From Pontiella sp. (GTDB lineage: Bacteria; Verrucomicrobiota; Kiritimatiellia; Kiritimatiellales; Pontiellaceae): DNA of 64,000 bases. Made by a program: the position numbers and the translations under genes. The DNA lies in NCBI GenBank assembly GCA_050290185.1, contig JBNKHE010000001.1, positions 34,713-98,712 of the forward strand, in the 5' to 3' direction. Positions within the stretch are counted from its first letter, which is position 1; every line of letters starts with the position of its first letter. Shown here in pieces: positions 27,651 to 39,252 of this stretch. Below the pieces are notes generated by a model. That model searched no databases, was not told where the DNA came from, and saw only the letters and a program-made list of their open reading frames with translations.

Positions 27651-28604
27651 TCAGGCCCGTGGATGGGCGAGCTGGTAGACCTCTTTGAGGCGCTCGACGG
27701 ATACGTGGGTGTAAATCTGCGTGGTGGAGAGCGAGGCGTGGCCCAGCAGTTCCTGCACACTGCGCAGATCGGCGCCGGCATCAAGCAGATGGGTCGCAAA
27801 GCTGTGGCGCAAACTGTGGGGCGACAGCTCGGCATTGAGGCCGCAGAACAGGACATATTTCTTCATCATGCGCTCGATGGAGCGCGCAGTAATCGGTCCA
27901 CCGTTTTTATTGAGGAACACCGGACTGCGGACATCGCGCCTGCCTTCGAGCAGCCAGACGTTTTCCCGCAGCTCGAGATTTTTCATCAACGTCCGGATGG
28001 CGGGCGAACCCAGCGGACAAAGCCGCTCCTTCTTGCCTTTACCGCGCACACGTGCCACGCCGGAAAGCAGATCGATGCGCTCCTCGGGCAACTGCACCAG
28101 TTCGTTGATGCGCATGCCGGTGCTGTAGAGAAGCTCCAGAATTGCGGAGTCGCGCGCGACCATGTATTCGCGCCACAGCTGTTGCTTCGGATTTCCCGAG
28201 GCTTGCGTTTCGTTGTATTTGGCCGGCGCATCGAGCAGTTTCCCGGCTTCATTCACCGAAAGAATCTGCGGTAGATAATTGCCCTTTTTCGGCAGACTCA
28301 GGCCGCTGAACGGATTCTGTTCCACATATTCCTCCCGCAGGAGAAACTTGTAGAACGAGCGCAGGGCGGAAAGCTTGCGTCCCGTGGTGGTCGGCGCCAT
28401 TTCCAGTTTCTGGAAAAACACCAGAAACTTGCGCGCCGTAAAACGGTCGGCCTGACCCCACTTGTAGGGCGGTTGCGCATTCTCGCCCCAGGTGATTTCG
28501 CAGAACTGCCGGATATCGATCAGATAGTTGCTGATTGTATGCTCCGAGGCGTTTTTCTCGCCTTCGAGATACTTTACAAAATGCGCTATGCACGGATCGT
28601 TCAT
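27651..28604 (-). CDS. xerC: Tyrosine recombinase XerC/XerD
   Basis: EKNASEHTISNY..D, RDSAILELLYSTGMRINEL, GKGKKER, SPHSLRHSFATHLL..GADLRSVQELLGHASLSTTQIYTH; conserved position after topA. Confidence 0.88.
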   Translation of the reverse strand: MNDPCIAHFVKYLEGEKNASEHTISNYLIDIRQFCEITWGENAQPPYKWGQADRFTARKFLVFFQKLEMAPTTTGRKLSALRSFYKFLLREEYVEQNPFSGLSLPKKGNYLPQILSVNEAGKLLDAPAKYNETQASGNPKQQLWREYMVARDSAILELLYSTGMRINELVQLPEERIDLLSGVARVRGKGKKERLCPLGSPAIRTLMKNLELRENVWLLEGRRDVRSPVFLNKNGGPITARSIERMMKKYVLFCGLNAELSPHSLRHSFATHLLDAGADLRSVQELLGHASLSTTQIYTHVSVERLKEVYQLAHPRA

Positions 28605-28629
28605 ATTATTCACACCCGCTCCGCTCAAG

Positions 28630-28676
28630 ACCGCAAAGAACACAAAGGTCATTCCTTCGCGATCCTTGCGCTCTTT
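28630..28676. repeat. Short-period imperfect inverted repeat at the topA|xerC junction
   Basis: ACCGCAAAGAACACAAAG ... CTTCGCGATCCTTGCGCTCTTT. Confidence 0.55.
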
Positions 28677-28685
28677 TATCTTAAA

Positions 28686-31241
<2,556 letters not shown>

Positions 31242-31261
31242 TTCATTTCCTTACTATTGTG

Positions 31262-31328
31262 AACCGCGAAAGACACAAACCACACGAAACCATTCAATCT
31301 TTTCGTGTTTTTTGTGTATTCCGTGGTT
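31262..31328. repeat. 28-bp imperfect inverted repeat at the dprA|topA junction
   Basis: AACCGCGAAAGACACAAACCACACGAAA versus the reverse complement of TTTCGTGTTTTTTGTGTATTCCGTGGTT (23/28 match). Confidence 0.8.
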
Positions 31329-32457
31329 AGCTCCTAAATCCTGTTTTTAAATCTTCCGCAAGTTCGACGATGCGGCCCGGCAACATCCGTATGACTCTTT
31401 TCATTTCGAGGCCGAGCAGAATGCCGCTCAGTTCATGACTCTTCAGCTCCGTAGCGCGCGCCAGCGAATCGACGTCTAGCGGCTCCTGCCAAAGTGCTTC
31501 CACGATGGTTGTCTCCGTTTCCGTCATGGGAACATCCGGCCTTGCAGCGGTCGCCGCCTCCGGCGCTTCCCTTTCCGATGGCGGAATCAGAAACTCGTAC
31601 TCCTCCAAAATATCATCGAGCGACTCGACCAGCTTCGCCCCATTCTTGATCAACCGATGTGGACCGCGCGCGCCGGGCGTATCAATCCGGCCCGGCAGGG
31701 CAAAGACCGTGCGGCCCTGTTCCATGGCCGCATCGGTCGTGTGCATCGATCCGCCCTTCACGGCCGATTCGATCAGCAACACGCCCATGCTCAGTCCGCT
31801 GATGATGCGGTTACGGTACGGAAACGTCATGCGATCCGCCTGCCGCCCCATGGGATATTCACTGATGACTGCACCCTGTTTGGCAATCTTGTTTGCCAAC
31901 TGCTCATTTTCAGGCGGATAGAGACAATCGATTGCGCTACCCAGCACGGCAATGGTACGGCCCCCGCTCTTCAGGGCTCCGTTGTGCGCCGCCGTGTCGG
32001 TGCCCCGGGCCAAGCCGCTTACGATGGTAAAACCGACCTGTCCCAGCTGGTAGGCCATTCGATCAGCGGCGGAAAGACCGTAGTGGCTGGTCGACCGCGA
32101 ACCGACTAGGGCCAGCGATTTCGCATCTTCGGGCAACATACCTCCGCGGATATACAACGCAAGCGGCGGATCATGAATGGTCTTGAGCGCATCCGGATAT
32201 TCATCATCAAGCGGCGTTATGATGCGGGCACCGCACTCGGCCGCTTTTTTGATCTCCGCCCCGGCGTCGAGATCGTCACGCTGAACCATGATCTTCAGTG
32301 CGAGTTTTTCCCCCACCCCGCGCGCTTGCATGAGCGCTTCGCGATCCGCTTCGAGAATCGCCTTGGGCGCACCCAGCGCATCGACCAAACGGCGGACGCT
32401 CACTGGCCCCAGCCCCTCGATCATGTTTAAAACGATATATGCTTCTCGATCCTGCAT
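31327..32457 (-). CDS. dprA: DNA-processing protein DprA
   Basis: YP..L..I.DPP..LY.RG, LVGSR, VSGLARGTD..AH, FPYRNRIISGLS, GRTVFALPG, C-terminal wHTH. Confidence 0.96.
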   Translation of the reverse strand: MQDREAYIVLNMIEGLGPVSVRRLVDALGAPKAILEADREALMQARGVGEKLALKIMVQRDDLDAGAEIKKAAECGARIITPLDDEYPDALKTIHDPPLALYIRGGMLPEDAKSLALVGSRSTSHYGLSAADRMAYQLGQVGFTIVSGLARGTDTAAHNGALKSGGRTIAVLGSAIDCLYPPENEQLANKIAKQGAVISEYPMGRQADRMTFPYRNRIISGLSMGVLLIESAVKGGSMHTTDAAMEQGRTVFALPGRIDTPGARGPHRLIKNGAKLVESLDDILEEYEFLIPPSEREAPEAATAARPDVPMTETETTIVEALWQEPLDVDSLARATELKSHELSGILLGLEMKRVIRMLPGRIVELAEDLKTGFRS

Positions 32458-32463
32458 GTTATT

Positions 32464-32543
32464 AAACACAAAGACTCAAAGGACACCAAGCATCACGAAG
32501 AATCCGCTTTGTACATCTTCGAGGTCTTAGTGCCTTAGTGTTT
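32464..32543. repeat. Short-period imperfect inverted repeat at the aroB|dprA junction
   Basis: AAACACAAAGACTCAAAGGACACCAAGCATCACGAAG ... CTTCGAGGTCTTAGTGCCTTAGTGTTT. Confidence 0.7.
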
Positions 32544-33629
32544 TTATAATCCGTTCCAGATTTGTTCCATGAGTTCTTCAGGGATTTCGTTGCCGATGGA
32601 AACGACACCGATTTTTGAGGCGAGCACGAACCTGGGCATGCCGCCCACGGTTTTCTTGTCGACCGACAGCGCGGCGCGCAGGTCCGTCCAGCTGTATTCC
32701 GGCGCATTCACCGGAAGCCCCAGATCCGCAAATATCTTTTCGATCCGGTCGCAATCCGACTGCGACAAACCGGTCAGCGCCACCGAGGCGCGAGCGGCAA
32801 AGACGGAACCGATAGCCACACCTTCGCCATGGACGTATTCGCCGTAGCCCGCCACCTTCTCCAGGGCGTGTCCGGCGGTATGGCCAAAATTCAGAATGGC
32901 GCGCAATCCGCCTTCGCGTTCGTCCTGCGCCACGACATCGGCCTTGATTTCACAACAGCGGCCGACCACCTTGGCCAGCAGCTCTGCATTATCAACGTCG
33001 GCCAGCGGTCCGATATTGGCTTCGAGCATTTCAAAAAACGGCGCGTCGTAAATGATGCCGTACTTAACGACCTCGGCCAATCCAGCGCGATATTCGCGTG
33101 GCGGCAGGGTTTTAAGCGTTTCCAGATCGGCCAGCACCAGCTCCGGCTGGTAGAACGCGCCGACAAGGTTTTTGCCTTCCGGCAGGTTGATTCCTGTTTT
33201 CCCGCCGACGGAGCTGTCGACCATCGCCAGCAGCGAGGTCGGCACCTGCACAAACGGGATTCCCCTTAAATAGGTGGCGGCCACATAGCCGGCCAAATCG
33301 CCGATCACCCCGCCGCCAAGCGCCACGATGAACGAATGACGGTCAAGTCCGGCCTCGATGCAACGGCTGTACAGCTCGAAGACGCGATCCCCGCACTTGG
33401 TCTGCTCACCCGCCGGAAGCGTGGTCACGCAGGCCGAAACCCCGGAATTTTCCAGTGATTGAAGCACTGCTTTCGCATACAGATCGCCGACGTTTTCGTC
33501 GGTCACGATCAGACATTTCCCCTTCAGACCGGTTTCGGCGCAAAGTTCGCCAAGCCGCCCCAAAACACCCGCCCCGATATGGATCTGATAGGAGCGATCG
33601 CCTAGATTTACTGGTACGTCGTATAACAT
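32544..33629 (-). CDS. aroB: 3-dehydroquinate synthase
   Basis: ALGGGVIGDLAGY, QVPTSLLAMVDSSVGGKTG, LNFGHT.GHA.E, HGEGV. Confidence 0.97.
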   Translation of the reverse strand: MLYDVPVNLGDRSYQIHIGAGVLGRLGELCAETGLKGKCLIVTDENVGDLYAKAVLQSLENSGVSACVTTLPAGEQTKCGDRVFELYSRCIEAGLDRHSFIVALGGGVIGDLAGYVAATYLRGIPFVQVPTSLLAMVDSSVGGKTGINLPEGKNLVGAFYQPELVLADLETLKTLPPREYRAGLAEVVKYGIIYDAPFFEMLEANIGPLADVDNAELLAKVVGRCCEIKADVVAQDEREGGLRAILNFGHTAGHALEKVAGYGEYVHGEGVAIGSVFAARASVALTGLSQSDCDRIEKIFADLGLPVNAPEYSWTDLRAALSVDKKTVGGMPRFVLASKIGVVSIGNEIPEELMEQIWNGL

Positions 33630-33844
33630 AGCTCGGAGTGTGTAGGGGCTCGCAGGGGGGCAAGTCAAATGAATTCGTGTTGCGTATTTTTTATCATGTA
33701 TTGAATAAGCTTCTCCAGACCCTGCATTCCGAATTGAATGTACAATATTCCATAAGCAGTACTTTTTTCACATTTCAGAATTGATCTACAGAAGGACCCG
33801 TATATATTAGACCGCATTAGTATTATTTAACCAAGGAGACTGAA

Positions 33845-34009
33845 ATGAACGTTGATCAACATTTGAAGGTTGCACAGTGGCATATCGAACAGGCTCGCCT
33901 GCACGCTACGGTTGAAGGTGGACACAAATGCGGATGCCCGCTGAACGATGACTATTCAAAAATCATCGAGCAGGTTGAAACCGGCAACATTGTCGACGAA
34001 GGCCATTAG
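33845..34009 (+). CDS. 54-aa His/Cys-containing small protein (not in the ORF track)
   Basis: AAGGAG RBS at 33833-33838; MNVDQHLKVAQWHIEQARLHATVEGGHKCGCPLNDDYSKIIEQVETGNIVDEGH*; its own terminator follows. Confidence 0.65.
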   Translation: MNVDQHLKVAQWHIEQARLHATVEGGHKCGCPLNDDYSKIIEQVETGNIVDEGH

Positions 34010-34032
34010 ACCCCGATCGCAGATCGAGTCTG

Positions 34033-34066
34033 AAAAGAACCGCCCTTACCGGCGGTTCTTTTTTTT
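34033..34066 (+). terminator. Intrinsic terminator after the 54-aa ORF
   Basis: AAAAGAACCGCC-CTTACC-GGCGGTTCTTTTTTTT. Confidence 0.85.
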
Positions 34067-34146
34067 GTCTGCACATTTTACATTGTGATGACAATTTGCC
34101 CGTTCTCGCGAAATACACTACCCTCTTTAAAACATGGGGGTGTGGT

Positions 34147-35487
34147 ATGAAGACGGGGATGGTAGTTGCTTGCCTACTGGCAATTGCACAGGTTTGCGCG
34201 GCGGATGATCTGCAACAACGATACGAAAAGGCCTATTACCTTGAAACGGCCAAGGGGCAATCCACCAAGGCGGCAAAAATCTATAAATCGATTATCGACG
34301 AGGAAGTGACCGACCAAAACCGGGAGACGATCAAGAAGAGTCTGTTGCAGCTCCTGCACATTGCCACGAAGCACAAACAAACCAATACCATCAGGGAGTG
34401 CCAGGAAAAGTTGCTCGCGAATACCAATACCAGCATCCAGGACCTAGTCGATATTGCGGAACCGGGCACAACCATCCATATTCCATCAGGAACCTATACC
34501 AATACCCTTGTACTCGGAAAAAACCTGAAGCTGCAAGGCGCCGGTCTCGATACCACCATTCTGGAAGCCACCGCTGACCGGCCACTCATCCACATCCAGC
34601 CCAAGCTGAAGGTCGAAATCGAATCGCTCACCCTCAAGAGCCAACTTGAAACCAGCCATCGCGCCGATCCGCCGGAGTGTACCGTTTTGGCCGCCGACAC
34701 CACCGCAACCATCCATGACTGCGCCTTCATCGCGCTGGGCAACAACCAGCGCTCACCCGTGTCCGTTCTGGTTCAGGGGTTTTCCGAGATCCAATTGCTG
34801 GACTGCCGGTTCCAGGGTTTTGAATATCCGATGATATACAGCGACAGCTCCAAGGGTCTCGTCAAAGGGTGCATCGTCCTGAATCCGGGCCATTGCGGAT
34901 TCATCTCGCATCCGGGTTCTGAAGTAACCATCGAAGGCAACATCTTCAGCGGCTCGGGCTTCCACGGCGTACGCAGCACCGGCGGTACGATCCACCTGAA
35001 AGACAACCTGATCATCAACAACAAGAACCGTGGCGTTTATCTGGGCAACAAATCCGCCCATGGCGAAATTTCCAACAACGCCATCATCGGCAATGGAACA
35101 GGCATAAGCTGTTTCTCCTCCACCGAAGTTGAGATCGAAAACAACCTCATCCTCGACAACGCCCATACAGGGATGGATACACGCGGAAGCTGCCGGATTG
35201 AAGTGAGGGACAACATCATTGCCGGAAATGCAAAAACGGGATTTGCAGTGTACGAAGGCGAACACAACAAATTTAAAATCGGGAAGAATACCTTCTGGAA
35301 CAACGGCTTGCCCTCTACCGACTTTGACCTGCCCAGTTCCACCGTGGAGGAAGATCCCGTATTTTCCGATCCGGAACACGGCAACTATACCGTCGGCAAC
35401 TCCTCCGTCAGAAAAGCAAAACAGGGCCTCACCGACCCCGATATAATTGAAAGGCTATGGAAACAGTACAAGGAGACCAACCAATGA
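34147..35487 (+). CDS. Secreted protein: shared TPR-like N-module plus right-handed parallel beta-helix (pectin-lyase-like/NosD fold)
   Basis: Signal peptide, DLQQRYEKAYYLETAKGQ, SIQDLVD.A.PG.TIHIPSGTY, then N-ladder repeats (IEGNIFSG, LKDNLIINN, ISNNAIIGN). Confidence 0.8.
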   Translation: MKTGMVVACLLAIAQVCAADDLQQRYEKAYYLETAKGQSTKAAKIYKSIIDEEVTDQNRETIKKSLLQLLHIATKHKQTNTIRECQEKLLANTNTSIQDLVDIAEPGTTIHIPSGTYTNTLVLGKNLKLQGAGLDTTILEATADRPLIHIQPKLKVEIESLTLKSQLETSHRADPPECTVLAADTTATIHDCAFIALGNNQRSPVSVLVQGFSEIQLLDCRFQGFEYPMIYSDSSKGLVKGCIVLNPGHCGFISHPGSEVTIEGNIFSGSGFHGVRSTGGTIHLKDNLIINNKNRGVYLGNKSAHGEISNNAIIGNGTGISCFSSTEVEIENNLILDNAHTGMDTRGSCRIEVRDNIIAGNAKTGFAVYEGEHNKFKIGKNTFWNNGLPSTDFDLPSSTVEEDPVFSDPEHGNYTVGNSSVRKAKQGLTDPDIIERLWKQYKETNQ

Positions 35488-36176
35488 AAAAACTGCTCGT
35501 CACATTATTGCTAATCGCCATATCCGCGTCGGCACAGGATCTCCAGCAACTCTACGAAAAGGCCTATTTTATCGAGACAGCCAAAGGGCAGACGGAAGAG
35601 GCAATCCAGCTCTACAACCGCATTGTAACGGCCGCGGAGGCCGAAGAACAACTTCAGCCCGTCATACAATCATTGGAACGCTTACTGGTTTTGCGGCGCA
35701 GACAGAGTAGCCGAACAGTCCAGCAAAAGGTTGAAAGCTTTAACTTCAGGCCGCTCCTGCTCAGAGATCATATCATCAACACCTTTGGGATCCCTGAACG
35801 CTATGCGGCCGGCAACAGGGAGTACGAAGCGGATGAACTGCCGGAAACAGGATACACCATGTACTACCCCGAGGGATTCAGCGTTCAGGTTTCGGGCACC
35901 GCCCTGCACAACATCAGTTTTGACAAACCGGTTTACAGCGTAAAGGGCCTGACAATCGGTTCAGACGAGGAAGAGGTGCTGCGCACATTCCCCCCCGAAA
36001 AGACCATGGACTATTATTCACGGGCGGGGAATTGGGATGAACTAGGGACGTTATACACCAACATGGTTAAAACGAGTGATTACAAAAATTACATCACAAC
36101 CAACGGAATCGGCTTTTTCTTGACCAACGGGAAGGTCTTCAAAATGTCCATCAACTATTACCTTCTGAAAAAATAA
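35484..36176 (+). CDS. Secreted protein: shared TPR-like N-module plus unknown domain
   Basis: Signal peptide MKKLLV..., DLQQLYEKAYFIETAKGQ; ATGA overlap with the upstream gene. Confidence 0.75.
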   Translation: MKKLLVTLLLIAISASAQDLQQLYEKAYFIETAKGQTEEAIQLYNRIVTAAEAEEQLQPVIQSLERLLVLRRRQSSRTVQQKVESFNFRPLLLRDHIINTFGIPERYAAGNREYEADELPETGYTMYYPEGFSVQVSGTALHNISFDKPVYSVKGLTIGSDEEEVLRTFPPEKTMDYYSRAGNWDELGTLYTNMVKTSDYKNYITTNGIGFFLTNGKVFKMSINYYLLKK

Positions 36177-36252
36177 AACCCTGAATCATGAAGTTTAATC
36201 ACCGCTTCGGGATATTTCCAGTCCTGGAGGGAAACAACGAGGAACATAGCAT

Positions 36253-36942
36253 ATGAATAAACAATTCTGCATTTATGCCCTAGCCTTGCTCACTGTCTGC
36301 ACAACCTGTGCCGAAGACCTTTCGATGCTCTACGAAAAAGCATACTACCTTGAAACCGCCAAGGGGCAGACGGAAGAGGCGCTGGACATTTATCGGGAAA
36401 TCGCCTCCACCAAAGCCACTGACGAAAATCGCGCGACGATTCTTAAAACCCTAGAGCGAATGCTGACTTTGTACAGCACCGGCTCCTTGAAGGAGAAAAT
36501 CGACAGTTTCGACATGGAACACTCCGGCTTAAAGGCCGTGCTCCGCACCTTCGGAGAAGCACAACGCTACTTTTTCAAGAATACGGTCTACACCAAAGAC
36601 AACCTGCCCGACACCTATCTCATGGAATATGAAAAAGGCTTCAGCATCCTAATGCATGACGGCAATGTCGGGGAATTCAGGTTTGAAAAGGCACCAGCCT
36701 ATACAATCGCCGGAATTACGGTTGGAACCCCCAAGAAAGAGGTTTTCAAGGTTTTGGGGCAACCCCGAAAAACCGTAACCGGGAAGCAATGTACCTATGA
36801 AGAAGGCGTTCTCTATGAAAACAGCAAAGGATTCCCCAGCGGACATGCCTACTATGCAAAAAAAGGCCTGCGCCTGTTTTTCATGAATGAAAAAGTCTGC
36901 GCGCTATACGTGACCGACAACGCCCAGCTACGCGAAAACTAG
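36253..36942 (+). CDS. Secreted protein: shared TPR-like N-module plus a domain paralogous to 35484-36176
   Basis: Signal peptide, DLSMLYEKAYYLETAKGQ, GITVGTPKKEVFKVLGQP. Confidence 0.75.
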   Translation: MNKQFCIYALALLTVCTTCAEDLSMLYEKAYYLETAKGQTEEALDIYREIASTKATDENRATILKTLERMLTLYSTGSLKEKIDSFDMEHSGLKAVLRTFGEAQRYFFKNTVYTKDNLPDTYLMEYEKGFSILMHDGNVGEFRFEKAPAYTIAGITVGTPKKEVFKVLGQPRKTVTGKQCTYEEGVLYENSKGFPSGHAYYAKKGLRLFFMNEKVCALYVTDNAQLREN

Positions 36943-36944
36943 TC

Positions 36945-38594
36945 ATGAACGCCCGCCTGTCCAAACTTCTTTCATGGGGGCTGATCGCCCTCGTGGGCGG
37001 GCTTTTCATTGCCACTTTCCTGCTCAACCAGAAGCAGTATACCGCATCGATTTCAACGGCGGAAGCCTCGCTTCGGCAAACGATGGTGCGGCAGGCGGAG
37101 GTATTGCGGCAGCAGCTTGACAAAGTAGAGTCCGATCTGTTCGCCCTCGCCCAAACGGATCGGATACTGGATGCCGATCTCTTTATTGTGCAGGACGACT
37201 GCGTGGTTCCCGCCTGCACGGCAGGACTGCTCGAAACCGTTCCCCGGCAAGCCGCGGATGCGGCATCGGAAAAAGGTATTGCGCTTCTTCCCAGCCCCGA
37301 AGCACTCCTCTATCTCCAAACAGCGGCTAAGCGCCCCATTGAAAACCCGGATGACCTGTACCGGAAAACCGCGGCCTTGCTCAACATGCTGGAACTGGAG
37401 CCGAATGTTCAGATGACCTGTTGCATACTGACCCTGCTTGGCCAAAGCGATCCAGCCCTCACGACAGCGCAACGCCGTTTTTTCCGGACCATGCTGGAAG
37501 AACAGATTGCCGATCCTGGTAAAATTGAAACACGCCTCCACGCCCTACGGGAAACCGCCGCGAAGATCGACCGCAACCTAACTCGCCGAAAAGGTGCCTA
37601 TCGGGATACGATCGACGGGAAAACCCTGTCGGTTACGAAAAACGGGCTGGCCCTTTTGTATTCGCCACACATGCAGGCTACCGCACCGGTCGAGCTTTCC
37701 ACCTCACCCCCGAACGGACTTCACCATGAAATCGTTCCCGGCCTGTTTGCGTCCATACCCGATACGGTTGTGGAACAGGCCAAGACCAACATCCGGCAAC
37801 AATACAAAACCGGCAACACAATCATCGGGCTCCTGCTCCTGCTTGGAACCGGATTGGCCTTCGGGCTTGTTGCGATGAATAGACGGCAACGCCAACTCGC
37901 GGCCATGCGCACCGAATTCATCGCCACCGTATCGCACGAACTGCGCACCCCGCTTTCACTCATCCGCCTCCATGCCGAAACCCTGAAGCACGGACGCATT
38001 CCCCAGAACAGAGTTGCCGACTACCACCAAACCATTCTCACCGAAGCCGAACGCCTGACGGGCATCGTCAACAACGTGCTGGATTTTTCCCGCATGGAAC
38101 GCAACAAGCTTCAAATCCATCCCGAACCCACCAACCTTTCCGCCCTCTGCGAACAAATCGTCGAGTCATTCCAAGACCGTCTGGAACAGGACGACTTCAA
38201 ACTGGAAAAGCAGGTCGAAACCGGAATCACCTGCATGACCGATCCCCTCGCCTTTTCGCAGATCGTGTTCAACCTGATGGACAATGCCATCAAATATTCC
38301 GACAACGAAAAAGTGATCCGCATCGAACTGACGAAAACCGGCGAGAGGAACACCCTTCGCGTTGCCGATTCGGGAATCGGAATTCCCGATAGGCTAAAAA
38401 AACACATCTTCGATGAATTCGTACGGTCGACCGATAGCAAGGTAACCGCACGGCGCGGTAGCGGAATCGGACTGAATGTCGTTCATCGCCTGCTGGACTT
38501 GATGGGCGGAACCATAGAAATTTCCGACAACCAGCCGAAAGGCTCTGTATTTACGGTTCAATTGGGGGATTGCAATGAAGCTACTGGTGGTTGA
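36945..38594 (+). CDS. Membrane sensor histidine kinase
   Basis: Two TMs flanking a periplasmic region of about 260 aa; H-box TVSHELRTPL; NLMDNAIKYS; DSGIGI; GSGIGL. Confidence 0.95.
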   Translation: MNARLSKLLSWGLIALVGGLFIATFLLNQKQYTASISTAEASLRQTMVRQAEVLRQQLDKVESDLFALAQTDRILDADLFIVQDDCVVPACTAGLLETVPRQAADAASEKGIALLPSPEALLYLQTAAKRPIENPDDLYRKTAALLNMLELEPNVQMTCCILTLLGQSDPALTTAQRRFFRTMLEEQIADPGKIETRLHALRETAAKIDRNLTRRKGAYRDTIDGKTLSVTKNGLALLYSPHMQATAPVELSTSPPNGLHHEIVPGLFASIPDTVVEQAKTNIRQQYKTGNTIIGLLLLLGTGLAFGLVAMNRRQRQLAAMRTEFIATVSHELRTPLSLIRLHAETLKHGRIPQNRVADYHQTILTEAERLTGIVNNVLDFSRMERNKLQIHPEPTNLSALCEQIVESFQDRLEQDDFKLEKQVETGITCMTDPLAFSQIVFNLMDNAIKYSDNEKVIRIELTKTGERNTLRVADSGIGIPDRLKKHIFDEFVRSTDSKVTARRGSGIGLNVVHRLLDLMGGTIEISDNQPKGSVFTVQLGDCNEATGG

Positions 38595-39252
38595 CGACGA
38601 AAAGACAATGGCCGATGGTATTCGGGATAATCTCGAATTCGAGGGATACGAGGTCGACTGCGCCTACGGCGGACAGCAGGCGCTCGATTGCCTCAAGGGA
38701 AACAAATACGCCCTCCTCATCCTTGACATCATGATGCCCGGAATCGACGGATTCGAGGTGCTTTCCGCTCTCCGAAAAAACAACGACACCACACCCGTAA
38801 TTTTCCTCACCGCCCGCGCGGCCGAAGCCGACAAGCTGCGGGGATTCGGCCTGGGCATCGACGATTACGTAGTCAAGCCGTTCAGTGTTCTCGAACTAAT
38901 GGCCCGAGTGAAGGCCGTTCTCGGCCGGACGGCCCCCGGCTCAGACCTTAAACAGATCGACATCGGAAACGCCCGAATCGACTTTGCAAAGCTGACGGTT
39001 GAATCAGATGGAAAAATCGACGAGCTGAGCCGCTACGAAGCCGACATTCTGCGGTTGCTGGCTTCCGAGCCCGGACGCATCTTCTCGCGCGATGAACTTC
39101 TAGACCATATCTGGGGTGTAGAGGCCTTCCCTTCAAACCGGACAATCGACAACTATATCGTCAAGCTCCGCCAAAAACTGGAAGCCGACCCGAAAAATCC
39201 CCGCGTCCTCGTTTCCGTCTACGGAAAAGGCTACAAACTCGCAACGGACTGA
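38575..39252 (+). CDS. OmpR-family response regulator
   Basis: LVVDDE, LDIMMP, DDYVVKPF, wHTH with RTIDNYIVKLRQK...VYGKGY. Confidence 0.96.
   Translation: MKLLVVDDEKTMADGIRDNLEFEGYEVDCAYGGQQALDCLKGNKYALLILDIMMPGIDGFEVLSALRKNNDTTPVIFLTARAAEADKLRGFGLGIDDYVVKPFSVLELMARVKAVLGRTAPGSDLKQIDIGNARIDFAKLTVESDGKIDELSRYEADILRLLASEPGRIFSRDELLDHIWGVEAFPSNRTIDNYIVKLRQKLEADPKNPRVLVSVYGKGYKLATD

Noticed and set aside
27418..28604. Prophage or island integrase next to tRNA-Pro
   Set aside because: The recombinase has XerC/D signatures and sits in the housekeeping dprA-topA-xer order; no phage or cargo genes lie between the duplicated tRNA ends.
39231..39252. Convergent overlap of the response regulator and folC 3' ends
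   Set aside because: Short tail-to-tail overlaps are common and carry no special signal.
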